This document shows positions 1 to 10,100 of a stretch of DNA of 64,000 nt, piece by piece. The DNA lies in assembly GCA_965222375.1 (NCBI GenBank), contig CBDCTZ010000009.1, positions 32,001 through 96,000 on the forward strand, written 5' to 3'. The number at the start of each line of letters is the position of its first letter. The stretch's first letter is position 1. The stretch comes from Polyangiaceae bacterium. GTDB lineage: Bacteria > Myxococcota_A > Polyangia > Polyangiales > Polyangiaceae. The translations under genes were made by a program, and so were the position numbers. The notes beneath the pieces are model-generated. The model did no database searches. It was not told the DNA's origin and saw only the letters and a program-made list of their open reading frames with translations.

Positions 1-715
1 CTTGGATTCGGGGTGCTAGGTCAGTCACCTTGTCCAGATACAACGTGCCGTTCCCGGCGCGTTGGAACGCGCCTTCGTAGGCAGCATCACCGCTTCGCAC
101 GAAGCCCGCCACGCAGCCGAAAAGCTCGCGCTCGATGGCCTTCTCTGACCAATCTGCACAACCCAGGCGCACGAAGGGGTGTTCGGAGTTCGGCGAATTC
201 GTGTGCAAAGCATCAGCAAAGCGCCGTTTTCCAGAGCCCGCCTCCCCAACGATGTTCACGGCGATGTGGCTTCGGCCTAAGCGTTCGGCGAGCCCGAGCA
301 GCTCGTGTTGCGATGGAATACTGCGGTCGACCCTCAAAGCAGGCGGGGTCGTGGACTTGAGCCCAACCGGCGCGCGGACGACCATGACTGCGTCGCCAAG
401 CTCCACCAGCATCCCAAAGCGCAGGGGCCGTGGTTGGTCGGGGATCATGGGGATACCGTCTACATGCGTGCCGTTGGCACTACCGAGATCGGTGATCGAA
501 AGGGGCGGGCCTGTTTCGAGTCGTGCGTGAGCTCGGGAAACAGAGGGGTCATCAACCACCACGTCGCAGTCGTTGCCTCGGCCGAAAACCAAACTTGTTT
601 CTGCGGCCAGGGGGACTTCGGTGAAGCCGCCGTCCCAGTACACGTGTGCGCACAACGCGTCCCGATGAAGCTTCAGCCTCTCAGTGGACTGGTCTTCACC
701 GGCTTCTGCGCACAT
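1..715 (-). CDS. FHA-domain sigma54-dependent activator-like protein (runs off left edge)
   Basis: Manual translation from ATG 715: FGRGNDCDVVVDDPSVSRAHARL...DLGSANGT (FHA), then GEAGSGKR, PFVRLGC, ELFG, GAFQRAGNGTLYLD (bEBP AAA+). Absent from the ORF track because it is open at the edge. Confidence 0.85.
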   Translation of the reverse strand, partial: MCAEAGEDQSTERLKLHRDALCAHVYWDGGFTEVPLAAETSLVFGRGNDCDVVVDDPSVSRAHARLETGPPLSITDLGSANGTHVDGIPMIPDQPRPLRFGMLVELGDAVMVVRAPVGLKSTTPPALRVDRSIPSQHELLGLAERLGRSHIAVNIVGEAGSGKRRFADALHTNSPNSEHPFVRLGCADWSEKAIERELFGCVAGFVRSGDAAYEGAFQRAGNGTLYLDKVTDLAPRIQ

Positions 716-1136
716 GCACCGCCAGTCTACCCTGCCCGCCCCCAGGGTGAGAAACTCGCAGTGGAGCGAAGCTGTCCCGTAACAAAAGATGTATCAGTAA
801 TCATCGCCGCTGGGAATGTGCGTGTGTTGCCCACACAAGTTGTGCAAGTTTTGCTCAACGCCAAGAAAAACGCTTTGCGTACGCGGGGTTTGAGTTCATC
901 GATGCTAGCCAGGACTCTTCTTGGCGAGGGCGTGGAGGCACGCATACGCAGCGTATTTGTAGCTTTCAGCGAGCGAAGGATAACTGAAGACGCTGTCGAC
1001 TTTGGCACCCAAGTGCGCCGCGGTCCGCCATTCCAGCGTTGCTCGGGGATGAAGGTGATCCCGCTCCGACCCTTCGCCTCCGTGAGCGTAGCTCACGCCG
1101 GATCGTTCGGGCCGAGTTCGGCGTTGGGTGGCACGC

Positions 1137-1571
1137 TCAAGTCACGGCAAGCAGTCGAACTGCCAGCTTGACGAAATCCGCTTCGGTGATGATGCCGGCG
1201 AGCACGCCGCTATCGTCGGTCACGGGCAAGCAACCCAGCTTGCCTTCGATCATCAGACGTCCGGCTTCCGAGAGGGACATGTCCTCTTTAGCGGTGCGCA
1301 CGTTCTGCTGCATGATGTCCCGGACGAACACGCTTTCGCTCAGCAGCTTGGTTTTCTGAGCGCCGCCACGTTCCAGGGTGCTGGCTTGTGCCCGCAGCAC
1401 GTCTCGATGCGTGACCAGGCCGACGAGTCGGCCTTCGTCCACTACGGGCAGATGCCGAAACCGATAACGCTGCATGCCCTCTTCGATGCGCTCGAGGTTG
1501 TCCTCTTCATAGAGGGTGATGACCTCGCGGGTCATGATGTCGCCTACGGTGCGCGGAAGTACTGTGCTCAT
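1137..1571 (-). CDS. CBS-domain pair protein
   Basis: VGDIMT...RHLPVVDEGRLVGLVT and VRDIM...GCLPVTDDSGVLAGIITEAD; start trimmed to ATG 1571. Confidence 0.92.
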   Translation of the reverse strand: MSTVLPRTVGDIMTREVITLYEEDNLERIEEGMQRYRFRHLPVVDEGRLVGLVTHRDVLRAQASTLERGGAQKTKLLSESVFVRDIMQQNVRTAKEDMSLSEAGRLMIEGKLGCLPVTDDSGVLAGIITEADFVKLAVRLLAVT

Positions 1572-1585
1572 GGCTGCGCAAGCTT

Positions 1586-1601
1586 TGCACGTGTCGTGCC
1601 G
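1586..1601 (-). promoter_or_regulatory. Possible sigma54 -24/-12 promoter for the CBS gene
   Basis: Minus strand CGGCACGACACGTGCA has GG-N10-GC spacing and is close to TGGCACG-N4-TTGCA; it lies about 15 bp upstream of the ATG. Confidence 0.4.
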
Positions 1602-1650
1602 CCAAAACAAGATGCAGAAGTCGGGATCTGGTCGAATGAACGCGCAGTTT

Positions 1651-4600
1651 CTACGGATCTTGCGCAGAACTTGCCGAGTCTCCGCCTAGGACTCGGGCGA
1701 GCAGCTTCTCCGCGGCGCGGCGGCTGGGTGCCGCCTCCGCTGCTGGCGAATGGCAGGCCACGCCCCGCACGCAGGCAGCGCAGCCGTCGTGGGCGGCGCA
1801 ACCGTCGGCATGCTGAGCGTGCAGCAGGATCTGTTGGGCCCAGAACAGCGCGTGGTGCAGCACCGAGCTGTTTAAGGCACGGGCGAATCCAGCCTCACCG
1901 GGATGCCGATCGACGAAATAGAGCTGGCTGTGCTCGTCGCTCCAGCTGACATCCAGATCCTCTTCGCGGTGTTGAAGGAACGCGCGCAGGGTTGCCCGGA
2001 CCAAATGAGCCACGCCATGTACAGCTCCAGGATCGGCACTCGGGAGTTGGACCACAGCAACGCGAGTCTTCTGCTCGACCGCGATGGGCTGCGCGTAGAG
2101 CAGCTCGTCTAGGGTGCCTCGAGCCGCGTGGTCGCTGCGAACGCCAAACACCGTCTCGCGCAGAGAGATGACCGGGTGGTGCAGCTGCACTTTGTCGGGA
2201 CCGCCAAAGCTCAATTCGTTGCCAATCCCCTCGACGGCAAAGTCCAAACGGCGGATCGGTGCCGTCCGCGTTCGGCGCCGCTCCGGAACTGCGTACAGCA
2301 CGCCATCCTCTTCGGGCGGTTGCTCTTCGGGCAGCAATACACGGTAGCGCCGCCCCTCAGCCATCAGGACTCGACCTGGATAGGCTGCCGAGCGCAGCCG
2401 CCGCTTGTCCGTTTCCCACACCACGGAGCCGTCGCCGCGATCGATCAGCTGGCCGACATCTCCGCTGGCGGTGAGGGCCGTCGTCGTGTCTTCAGTTTGG
2501 ATGTTGCGGCTGAACAGTACCTCGGTCTCCAGGCTACCGTTGGCAGCCAGACGATCGACGCTACGCCTCGACAGCCCGGCGGCACCCGGCTCTGCGATCC
2601 CCGCCGCCGCTGCGGCAAAGTTCTTCCTCAGCTCGCTGAGGGACAAGGGCGACTCCGCAGCAGCTAGCACCGCGTGCCGCGTGGCCATGCTGGGCAGATC
2701 CAGGGCTGCGACGGGCGCAGAGCCCAGGGCGAGCATGGGGTGGGGGCGTCTGGCGTCGAGCCACCTGGGGTTTTGAGACAAGAGCAGCGAAAAGGGATCG
2801 GATTCCGACAGCCAAATGCTCACGACCCGGTCAGCCTTGATCTCAACTGCTGGCTTTTCGTCCTGCCCCTCGGCGGTCTCGGACTCGCCCTCCTCTTCCG
2901 GTGTCTCGTCTTCTTCTGCTTCTTCGGGTGGCTCCGCGGCGGGCGCAGGTTCTTCCACGTCGAAGCCGCCGAACCGGCTTTGGTCGCCGTCGGTGAGCCT
3001 TCTCTCGCGGACCTCGCGAGCCGACAGGGTTGCCATGTCGATGGCTTTGCGGCCTGCGTGGCGTGTGAAAAAACCAAGCAGCGCGGCTGTCTCTGGACGA
3101 AGCCGGGTTATGACCGCGTCCGCCTTGTCCAGTTTCAGGTGGCCGCCGTCTCCGGTCTGGATGACCGCGTGGCCAAAGTCGAGCAATACGCGGTTGACCT
3201 GTTGTTCCTGTTCGAAGGAGGTCAGAGAGTCGTCGAATCCTGACAGCTCGGCTCGGTAGCCGCAGGCGATGGCGACGCCGCGCGCGCCCACGGCGGGATG
3301 TAGCTCGCCGGCGCGGCGCGGCGTGCCCACCACGATTTGTTGGGGCGGCGCGCCTCGGCTGTCGCTTTCGGGGCCGACGACCTCGAAGGGCACGCCCATC
3401 AGCCGCTCTGCCAGGCCCAGCACATCCGGGCCGAAGGGCGCGATCGTCGAGAGCACGGCTGGGCGGGCGCCGGTGTTTTGGGCCAGGCGCATCAGGCGCC
3501 GCATCGTAAAAGCCAGGGCGCCGCCCCGCACGCCGCCGTAGCGATCGAGGTCGACGGCCACGACGAGGGCGAGCCGCGAGAGGAAGCCCGTCCATTCGGC
3601 GTGGCGCGGGCAGATGTCCTCGTGGACTTCTTTGGGGGTGGCGAACACGATCGCGGGAGGCCGTTTGCGCGGGTGGACGCCCCGGCGACCCTGACTCGAT
3701 AGGTCATGGCTGTGCAGCGCCCACGCCCAATTGCATTGTGCCGACAGATCTCGAAACGCGCTGGCGCGCCGCGCGGACTCGGCTTCGTCCGGCGACAGAT
3801 ACAGTACGGAGCCACCCTGCAGCAGTACGGCTCGCATCGCAAGCAGATCGCCCAAGGTGCGCCGACCACTCAGCGGCGGCGTCTCCATCAGCACGTTCTT
3901 GTCGTCCAAGATGGCTTCCGCCGTTGCTTCTTGGTGCACGTAGAAGCCGGAGATCTCCAGAGCCTCCAGAGCGGAACTCATCAAGGTGCTTTCGCCTGCC
4001 AAGTGGGTGCGCTCGGCGACATGTTCGGATTGACCGCTGACATAGCCGCCATCGCCGACGTCGAGCTCCGGGCCCCGCGGGTCGATGGACAGGGCGCGCA
4101 CGAGTTGGTCGGGGTCTTTATATTGAGTCTCTGGTGGGCCCGTCGGCTCTTTCTTACGCCGCTCTTCCTCGGGGCTCTTGGGTGGGTCGACGAGATTCAG
4201 GGCGAGGCCTTCGACCACGATGGCGCCCAGCACCCACAGAGGAGGGGAGAGCGAGCCGGTGATGGCACCCGCTAGCGCAGCCCATTGCACCCAGCGCAGC
4301 GCGCGGACCAAGGGTCGGTTCCAGTCCGAGTAACGCGTCTCCTGCACGCCGGGCTCCTTGAACCCCGCCAGCTTGTAGAAGCGCTCCGCCCAAGACGTTC
4401 CCAACTCCGCTTCCAACTCCCGCGCTGCGCCGCCATCGCCCTTGAGCAGGCCCAGGAACCAGGCCAGCAACATCGCGAGGGCGACAAAGACGCCGTACAC
4501 GGCGGCGTAGGTGAGCCCCAGGACGAAAGCGTGGCGCAGGGGGCCGAGTTGCTCGATGGGGGCGCCTTGCACTCCGGTGAGCCATTGAATCGCGGCGCTC

Positions 4601-4833
4601 TCGAAGCTGCGACCGGTGGAGGCGATGTAACCGAGAGTGGCGGCGAAGGCGGTCGCGACCACCAAGGCAGAAAGCAGCAGTACCGGTCCGGCAGCGAGGC
4701 GTTTGGAGCTGTTGCGCAATACGCTGAGCATACCGCGTCCCACCAGAGTCGTGACCAGCAAGACGAGCCCGGTCTCGACGAAGATCGCCAGCAGCGGATA
4801 GGACCGGTACAGCGAAAGGAGCGCGTCGATCAC
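1651..4833 (-). CDS. Membrane-anchored, degenerate DEAD/DEAH-like helicase with C-terminal DUF1998 (MrfA/YprA-like)
   Basis: N-terminal hydrophobic helices; FYVHQ, ETPPLSGRRT, LYLSP, FATP, VAVDLDRYGG, MRRLMRL, YPGRV; C-terminal YFVDRHPGEAGF and CxxxxGCxxC...C. GTG start overlaps the upstream stop (GTGA). Confidence 0.8.
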   Translation of the reverse strand: MIDALLSLYRSYPLLAIFVETGLVLLVTTLVGRGMLSVLRNSSKRLAAGPVLLLSALVVATAFAATLGYIASTGRSFESAAIQWLTGVQGAPIEQLGPLRHAFVLGLTYAAVYGVFVALAMLLAWFLGLLKGDGGAARELEAELGTSWAERFYKLAGFKEPGVQETRYSDWNRPLVRALRWVQWAALAGAITGSLSPPLWVLGAIVVEGLALNLVDPPKSPEEERRKKEPTGPPETQYKDPDQLVRALSIDPRGPELDVGDGGYVSGQSEHVAERTHLAGESTLMSSALEALEISGFYVHQEATAEAILDDKNVLMETPPLSGRRTLGDLLAMRAVLLQGGSVLYLSPDEAESARRASAFRDLSAQCNWAWALHSHDLSSQGRRGVHPRKRPPAIVFATPKEVHEDICPRHAEWTGFLSRLALVVAVDLDRYGGVRGGALAFTMRRLMRLAQNTGARPAVLSTIAPFGPDVLGLAERLMGVPFEVVGPESDSRGAPPQQIVVGTPRRAGELHPAVGARGVAIACGYRAELSGFDDSLTSFEQEQQVNRVLLDFGHAVIQTGDGGHLKLDKADAVITRLRPETAALLGFFTRHAGRKAIDMATLSAREVRERRLTDGDQSRFGGFDVEEPAPAAEPPEEAEEDETPEEEGESETAEGQDEKPAVEIKADRVVSIWLSESDPFSLLLSQNPRWLDARRPHPMLALGSAPVAALDLPSMATRHAVLAAAESPLSLSELRKNFAAAAAGIAEPGAAGLSRRSVDRLAANGSLETEVLFSRNIQTEDTTTALTASGDVGQLIDRGDGSVVWETDKRRLRSAAYPGRVLMAEGRRYRVLLPEEQPPEEDGVLYAVPERRRTRTAPIRRLDFAVEGIGNELSFGGPDKVQLHHPVISLRETVFGVRSDHAARGTLDELLYAQPIAVEQKTRVAVVQLPSADPGAVHGVAHLVRATLRAFLQHREEDLDVSWSDEHSQLYFVDRHPGEAGFARALNSSVLHHALFWAQQILLHAQHADGCAAHDGCAACVRGVACHSPAAEAAPSRRAAEKLLARVLGGDSASSAQDP

Positions 4834-7130
4834 GGCGCACCCCCGAGCACGGAGATGGCTTGTCGAGGCAGCGCGGTGCGCATCACGAGCACGTGCACCC
4901 GCTCCGGATCTCCGCTCACGATGGGCTCCGGCGCTTTCAATCCCTGGGCTCGCGCTTCCGTCATGACGGGCAGCGCCCACTCCGGACAGAAGATGTAGCT
5001 TCGCTCGGCGCTGCGCTCGTCGAACTCCTGGATCTCGAGGGGCACGCCCAGCGTCTCGAACATCTCGGTGACGAATTCGACCACGGGCCCTGCCAGGTGC
5101 TTGGCGATCACCAGGGACGAAAGTTCCGTTTCCGCTTCCAGGGCGGCCTGCAACTTGGCCGAGTCGAACAAGCTCGGCGCTTCATCTCGGGAGGCGCCCT
5201 CGGGGCGACCCAAGTCCGCGAGCACCCGCTCGAATACGTCGCTGGTCGGCCGCACTTGCGCATACAAATCGCCGAGCACTTCGGACCGCGCGCGGCGCCG
5301 AAACAGCAGGTCCCCTTCTTCCACGGCCCCGGGTGCGGTCAGGGCTTGCAGCTCCGCATCGTAGCGACGCTCCAGGCGCTCGAGCCCGTTGGCTAGCGCC
5401 GTGAGGCGGTGGTGCTCCAAGTCCAGAGTGCGCTCCACCTGTTTGAGGGCGCGCAGCGCCCAGGCGCGCAGCGAGAGCTTGAGCCGGTCTTCGTAGAAGC
5501 CCAGTACACTCGGCGTCAGCGCATCCGACAAGAAGCGATCGACCGAGGCATCCAGGCCGTCGCGCTCTGCAGCCAGCGCGTCGTGGCGCTCTTGGCGGTA
5601 ACGAGAGAGCAGCCACAGGATCAGCGCAAGCGCTGGCACCAGCACGACAAAGAAGCTCCAAGGCGACTCCAAGATGGGCGCCAAGCTGCCGCTGACGGGG
5701 AGCTCGCCACTCGACGGGCTCAGAGATCCCAGTGGCACTCGGCGCTGGATCAGCGCGACGTAGATCCACTTGGGCACATGTTGCAGCAGCAGGGCGGCGA
5801 GCAGAGCAGCCAACACGCCGAAGATGGTCAGGCGAAAGGGGCGGGGTCGCCGCGTGCTCTCTTCTCGCAAGCCCCTCAGGCTACTTTCGACGCTACTGGG
5901 CTCCGGAAACGGTGAGAGTTGGCTGGCGTTGAGGGAGCGCTCCAGATTCTTGCGCTGGCGCTGGGCCACGGCCCGGGCTCGCTCGACCAGGCGCAAGGCT
6001 CGAGACCAGCCGTGGGCGTCTTTGGACTCGCTGGCGTCCACCGCGGCTAGGCTGTCTTTGGAAATATCCGTGGCGAGCTTGTGCCCGCGTTCATCGGCGA
6101 CTCGCGAAAGCTCGTCCATTTCGAGGTCGTCGAGGCGCCGGACTAGCGCGCTGACGGTGTTCTGGAGTGCGTCAAACCAGCCCCAGCCGAACTTGACGTC
6201 TCGGATCGTCTCCGGGCGATCCGAGTAGGCGATGCTGGGCACGTCGATCTTGGGCTTCTGGGTGCGCAACAGATCGATCAAGTCCGCTGCGTCCTGTCCT
6301 TGGGGCGCTCGGATCTGCGCTTCGATTTCCGCGGCGGTGGGGATCAAGCGGTCGGCGGTGGCCTGCGCTTGCTGAGCTGCGTCGCTGGGCACGCTGCGTA
6401 GCCAGGCGATCGTGTCGCGACACAGCCGTGCCATCACGTACTGCTTCGCGGAGAGCTCCAAGGTAGCGCAACCGAAAGACGCGAACACTCGTGCGTCTCG
6501 TTGCTGGTCCGGTAGCTTCTGGAAAAAGCTACGCACGGGTTCCTGCCGGCGCAGGTTGGTCGTCAGTAGCAAGAACAAGAACGAGACGACGGTGCTGACC
6601 AATTCCGATGCCGCGAGTTCGTAGCGCCGGGCTTGGGGTTCGAGCACGAGAACTCGCGCCACGGTGGAGCCCGCTTTGGCGGAGCCGCTGCCGAGGGCGA
6701 GTTGCTCGAACTGCTTGAGCGCCGTGGCTGCCGCCTCGCTGGGCTCGCCCCGTCGCGCTTCCGAAAGCACGACTACGGGAGCGAGGGTGAGTCGGCTTGC
6801 GGGGCCCCGGCCCAAGATGTGGCTGAAGCGGGCTGCCAAGGCGTTGCCGAGAGTCTGGGTCAGTTTGGGTGCGGCGGCGGCCACGCCTTCTTCGTCCAGA
6901 TCCGCGACCACGGTCAGGAACAGCGTTCGGTCTTCGGCGCCGAGGGCGCCTCGCAGTCCGAACAGGCGCGTGGCGTGGGCGATGGCTTTCGCTTCGACGC
7001 CGTCGGTGTCGTCCGCCGCGGCCGACAGCACGACGAGGCCATCCGACGCCAGGGGCTCCAGGCGAGCAGTCACCTTGGCGCCAAATGCACCAAGGCCGAC
7101 CACGAGTGTGGGACTGTCGCCGGAGGTCAA
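4830..7130 (-). CDS. Degenerate tubulin-like domain protein with coiled coil and two TM segments
   Basis: Begins LVVGLGAFG and contains FASFG, paralleling VFVGLGGCG and YGSFG of the neighbouring tubulin-like protein; no GGTGSG loop; two hydrophobic segments mid-protein. Confidence 0.65.
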   Translation of the reverse strand: MTSGDSPTLVVGLGAFGAKVTARLEPLASDGLVVLSAAADDTDGVEAKAIAHATRLFGLRGALGAEDRTLFLTVVADLDEEGVAAAAPKLTQTLGNALAARFSHILGRGPASRLTLAPVVVLSEARRGEPSEAAATALKQFEQLALGSGSAKAGSTVARVLVLEPQARRYELAASELVSTVVSFLFLLLTTNLRRQEPVRSFFQKLPDQQRDARVFASFGCATLELSAKQYVMARLCRDTIAWLRSVPSDAAQQAQATADRLIPTAAEIEAQIRAPQGQDAADLIDLLRTQKPKIDVPSIAYSDRPETIRDVKFGWGWFDALQNTVSALVRRLDDLEMDELSRVADERGHKLATDISKDSLAAVDASESKDAHGWSRALRLVERARAVAQRQRKNLERSLNASQLSPFPEPSSVESSLRGLREESTRRPRPFRLTIFGVLAALLAALLLQHVPKWIYVALIQRRVPLGSLSPSSGELPVSGSLAPILESPWSFFVVLVPALALILWLLSRYRQERHDALAAERDGLDASVDRFLSDALTPSVLGFYEDRLKLSLRAWALRALKQVERTLDLEHHRLTALANGLERLERRYDAELQALTAPGAVEEGDLLFRRRARSEVLGDLYAQVRPTSDVFERVLADLGRPEGASRDEAPSLFDSAKLQAALEAETELSSLVIAKHLAGPVVEFVTEMFETLGVPLEIQEFDERSAERSYIFCPEWALPVMTEARAQGLKAPEPIVSGDPERVHVLVMRTALPRQAISVLGGAP

Positions 7131-7134
7131 GGTC

Positions 7135-10100
7135 TCACATCTTCGCGAGCAAGGCCTCTAGGGCTTGGGTTGCGGCCGCAAGCTCCTGTTCCACGAAGGC
7201 GTGCTCCTTGCCTTCGAGTTGCAGTCGGAGCTTTTTCAGATGTTCAGAGTGGGCAGTCACGACAGCCGTGGCGCCGTCGCGGTCCCGGTTGTCGATGAAC
7301 TCCGTGTTCTTGCGGTTGATCTCTTCGATGAACCACTCGCGGATCGCCAACTTGGCTTCGCGAAAGCCTTCGAAAGCTACATCACGAAACTTACCCAACA
7401 CGCGGTCGCGCTCCGGAATGTCTTCGTTGGAGTAGACGATCTCGCCGCTGTCTTTCTGCACCACGAGGCCGTGCACTTGAGCCCAGACGTAGTGAACTAG
7501 CTCCTCTGCGGAGCGTGCCGTGTGCACCCGGGTGCGCTTGTCGAGCCAAGCCTTTCGGCCGTCCCCGGCGACGACGGCCTTGGGCGCTACGTCGGCGAGG
7601 CATTCATGCTCGTCGGGCGCCGCTTCCCAGCGCTTGTCGATGTGCAAGGGGATGTCCGGCACCCGCCGGCCCTCGCAGTGTTCCGCGTGAGCGGCGGCAT
7701 GCTTCGGCTGCAGCGGCAAGTCCGCCCAACGGTACACCTTGCCCCGGGATAGCTCGTCCCGCTTCACGTGGTGGTGGCGATCGTAATAATCGTCCATGGA
7801 CTCGATGCGATACAGAGGCATGCCGAGTTCGCTCCAATAGAAGGTCACTCGCTTGGCGTCGTCACTGCGCAAGACGTCGCCGCCCTTGACTGGAAAGCGC
7901 TCGTTTTCGAGCAGCCAATGTTTGAGCTTCGGATCGTCCAGATAGGTCGGGTTCAGGGAGACGTAGCGCTTGGGCTCGATGGCCGTGGCGTGTTCTTCGC
8001 GCCGCAAGCGCAAGAAGGGCGCGCACTTCTTCGCCGCGTAGTGGATCTTGTGCTGGATGTAGTCGTCGATCTGATCCGGTTTGATGTTCTCTATGGCCAG
8101 ATCCCACTCCTGCTGATGCTCGCGAAAGTGCAGCGTTAGAGGATCAGCGTGATGCTTGCGCAGCTTGGCCCAGCCCAAGGCGAGCTGAGCTTCCTCGGTC
8201 AGGGCGGAGCGCACCTCCAGACCCATTTCGTCCAGCCCCCGGGGCTCGTCGTGGCCCACGATGCGCTGCCGCCAGAGCTGGTGTCCCATCTCGACCAGAG
8301 ACTCGCTGACCGCCGCGCTCATATGCCGGGCATGCTCCACGGAAGCGTAGGCGCTTTGCACCGCGGGGAAGATCTTCGCCGGATCGTAGTCCGTCGACGT
8401 GTTTTCTCGGCGCTCGAAGACCCAGTTCCACATGCGCAGACCCTTGGGGTCTTCGAAGTTCTGGTACAGCTCGACGTCCAAGACGTGATCGTTGGACAGG
8501 CCGCCTTCGTCGCGACGGACGCCATAGCGGATCAGTTCGTCGCAGGTGGCGTTGAGCTTGTCGCGGATGGTGAACAGCTCAGAAAACAGCGTGCCCAGGC
8601 GGGTCTTTCGGTCTTCGATGGCCCGAAGCAGGTCCTCGCACAAGTCGACCATGCCAGCGCTGCTCAGCTTCTCGACCTGGGGCGCCTCCATGTTGGTGCG
8701 GTACCAGCCCATGAATTCGGGCACGACTTCTTGGCCGTAGTCGTTGCCGCGGACATATTCGATGACGGTCTTCGGCGCTGCGTCCGATAGCCGCTCAGCC
8801 CAGGTCATGTAGGTGTTTTTCAGGGGCTTGAGCAAATCGCTGGCGGTGGTCTCCCGTGCCCGGGCCGCCGCCTGGTATTGGCGCAAGGCCGCGGAGACTC
8901 GGATCAGGAAGAGCCGCTCGAAGATGGGTCCGCGATCGCCGAGCACCTTGGCGAAGCTGTGCTCGTGGTCCGAGCCGTTCACCTCCTTGGAGATGAAGGC
9001 GGCTTCCTGGTCGATCTTGACGCGAGCGCCTTCCGCCGCCTTGGTCCACTGCTCCAAGCGTTTCGGCAGTTCGATGCGAACGCTTTCGGGATCCTCGTCG
9101 AACTCGAGCAGCTTCTCTTCGTTCCAACGGGGCAAGTGAACATGGCCCTGAATGCGGGGCGCGAACTCCGTCTCGAAATAGCGTAGAAAGCGATCCACGG
9201 CGCCTTGCTCTTCGGAGCCGCCGTCGCAACCCTCCACGATGCGCCCGTAGAAGGCGCCCGTGTCACCCGGCAGGTTCGCCTGCTCCAACACGTGTCGCAC
9301 GAAGTCCTGCTCGCGGCGTTCGCGATCCGCGTGGCTTTCCGATTCCGGCGGTGGCTCCGCAGGGAGCGCAAAGGTGCGCGTCAGGGCCTCGACGGCGTAG
9401 CGGTTGGCGCAATAGCCCAAGATGTCGTCGTCGGGCACGGTGAGCACGCTCAGACCGAAGCTGCCGTAACGCTTGGTGTACATCTGGTGGTCCGTGACGC
9501 CCATTTCCCGTTCATCGTTGTCGGCGGTGGACGACTGACGGCCCAAGATGTCGCTGAAGATTTGGGAGTACGCGCTGTCGGCAATGGCCTGATACACCTT
9601 GCGGGTATCGGTGATCACCTCTCGGCCCGCGCCGATGTCATCGACCAGGTAGACCTGGTCGAAGGCGCGCCGACTGACTTCTTGCCGGTCTTTTGCCCGG
9701 GGATCGTACTGGAATTCGACCTTGTCGGAGTCGGAGGCGGACTGCATGTGCTCCAGCTCCATCAGCGCCGCGTAGCCATTGGCCATGATCTTGTCGAGCT
9801 GCTGGTTGGGCAGACCCGCGCGCCGAAACACCGCTGGCAGCACGTAGGTGCCCACGGTGATGGGACGCGCGTGCTCGCGAAAGAGGTCGTGGATGATGTA
9901 GGCGAGGGGCAGGAAGGCGCCGCTGCCGGTACCACCCGCCAGGCTGGCGTAGATGTGCACCATGGGAGCTTTGTCGCCATCTCGAAAGCGCGTGTCGATG
10001 GCGAAGCTCCGTCCGACGGCGTGCTCCAATGCGGTAAACACTTCGGGCTTGAACTTCAGAGTGAAGTGCAGGCTCAGCCGCGACTCGATTCGGATCTGGC

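Noticed and set aside
305..1171. 288-aa plus-strand ORF
   Set aside because: Shadow of the minus-strand FHA activator plus intergenic DNA; no motifs.
1651..4833. DISARM or Druantia system
   Set aside because: No methylase, DrmA/C/D or Dru partners; helicase motifs are degenerate.
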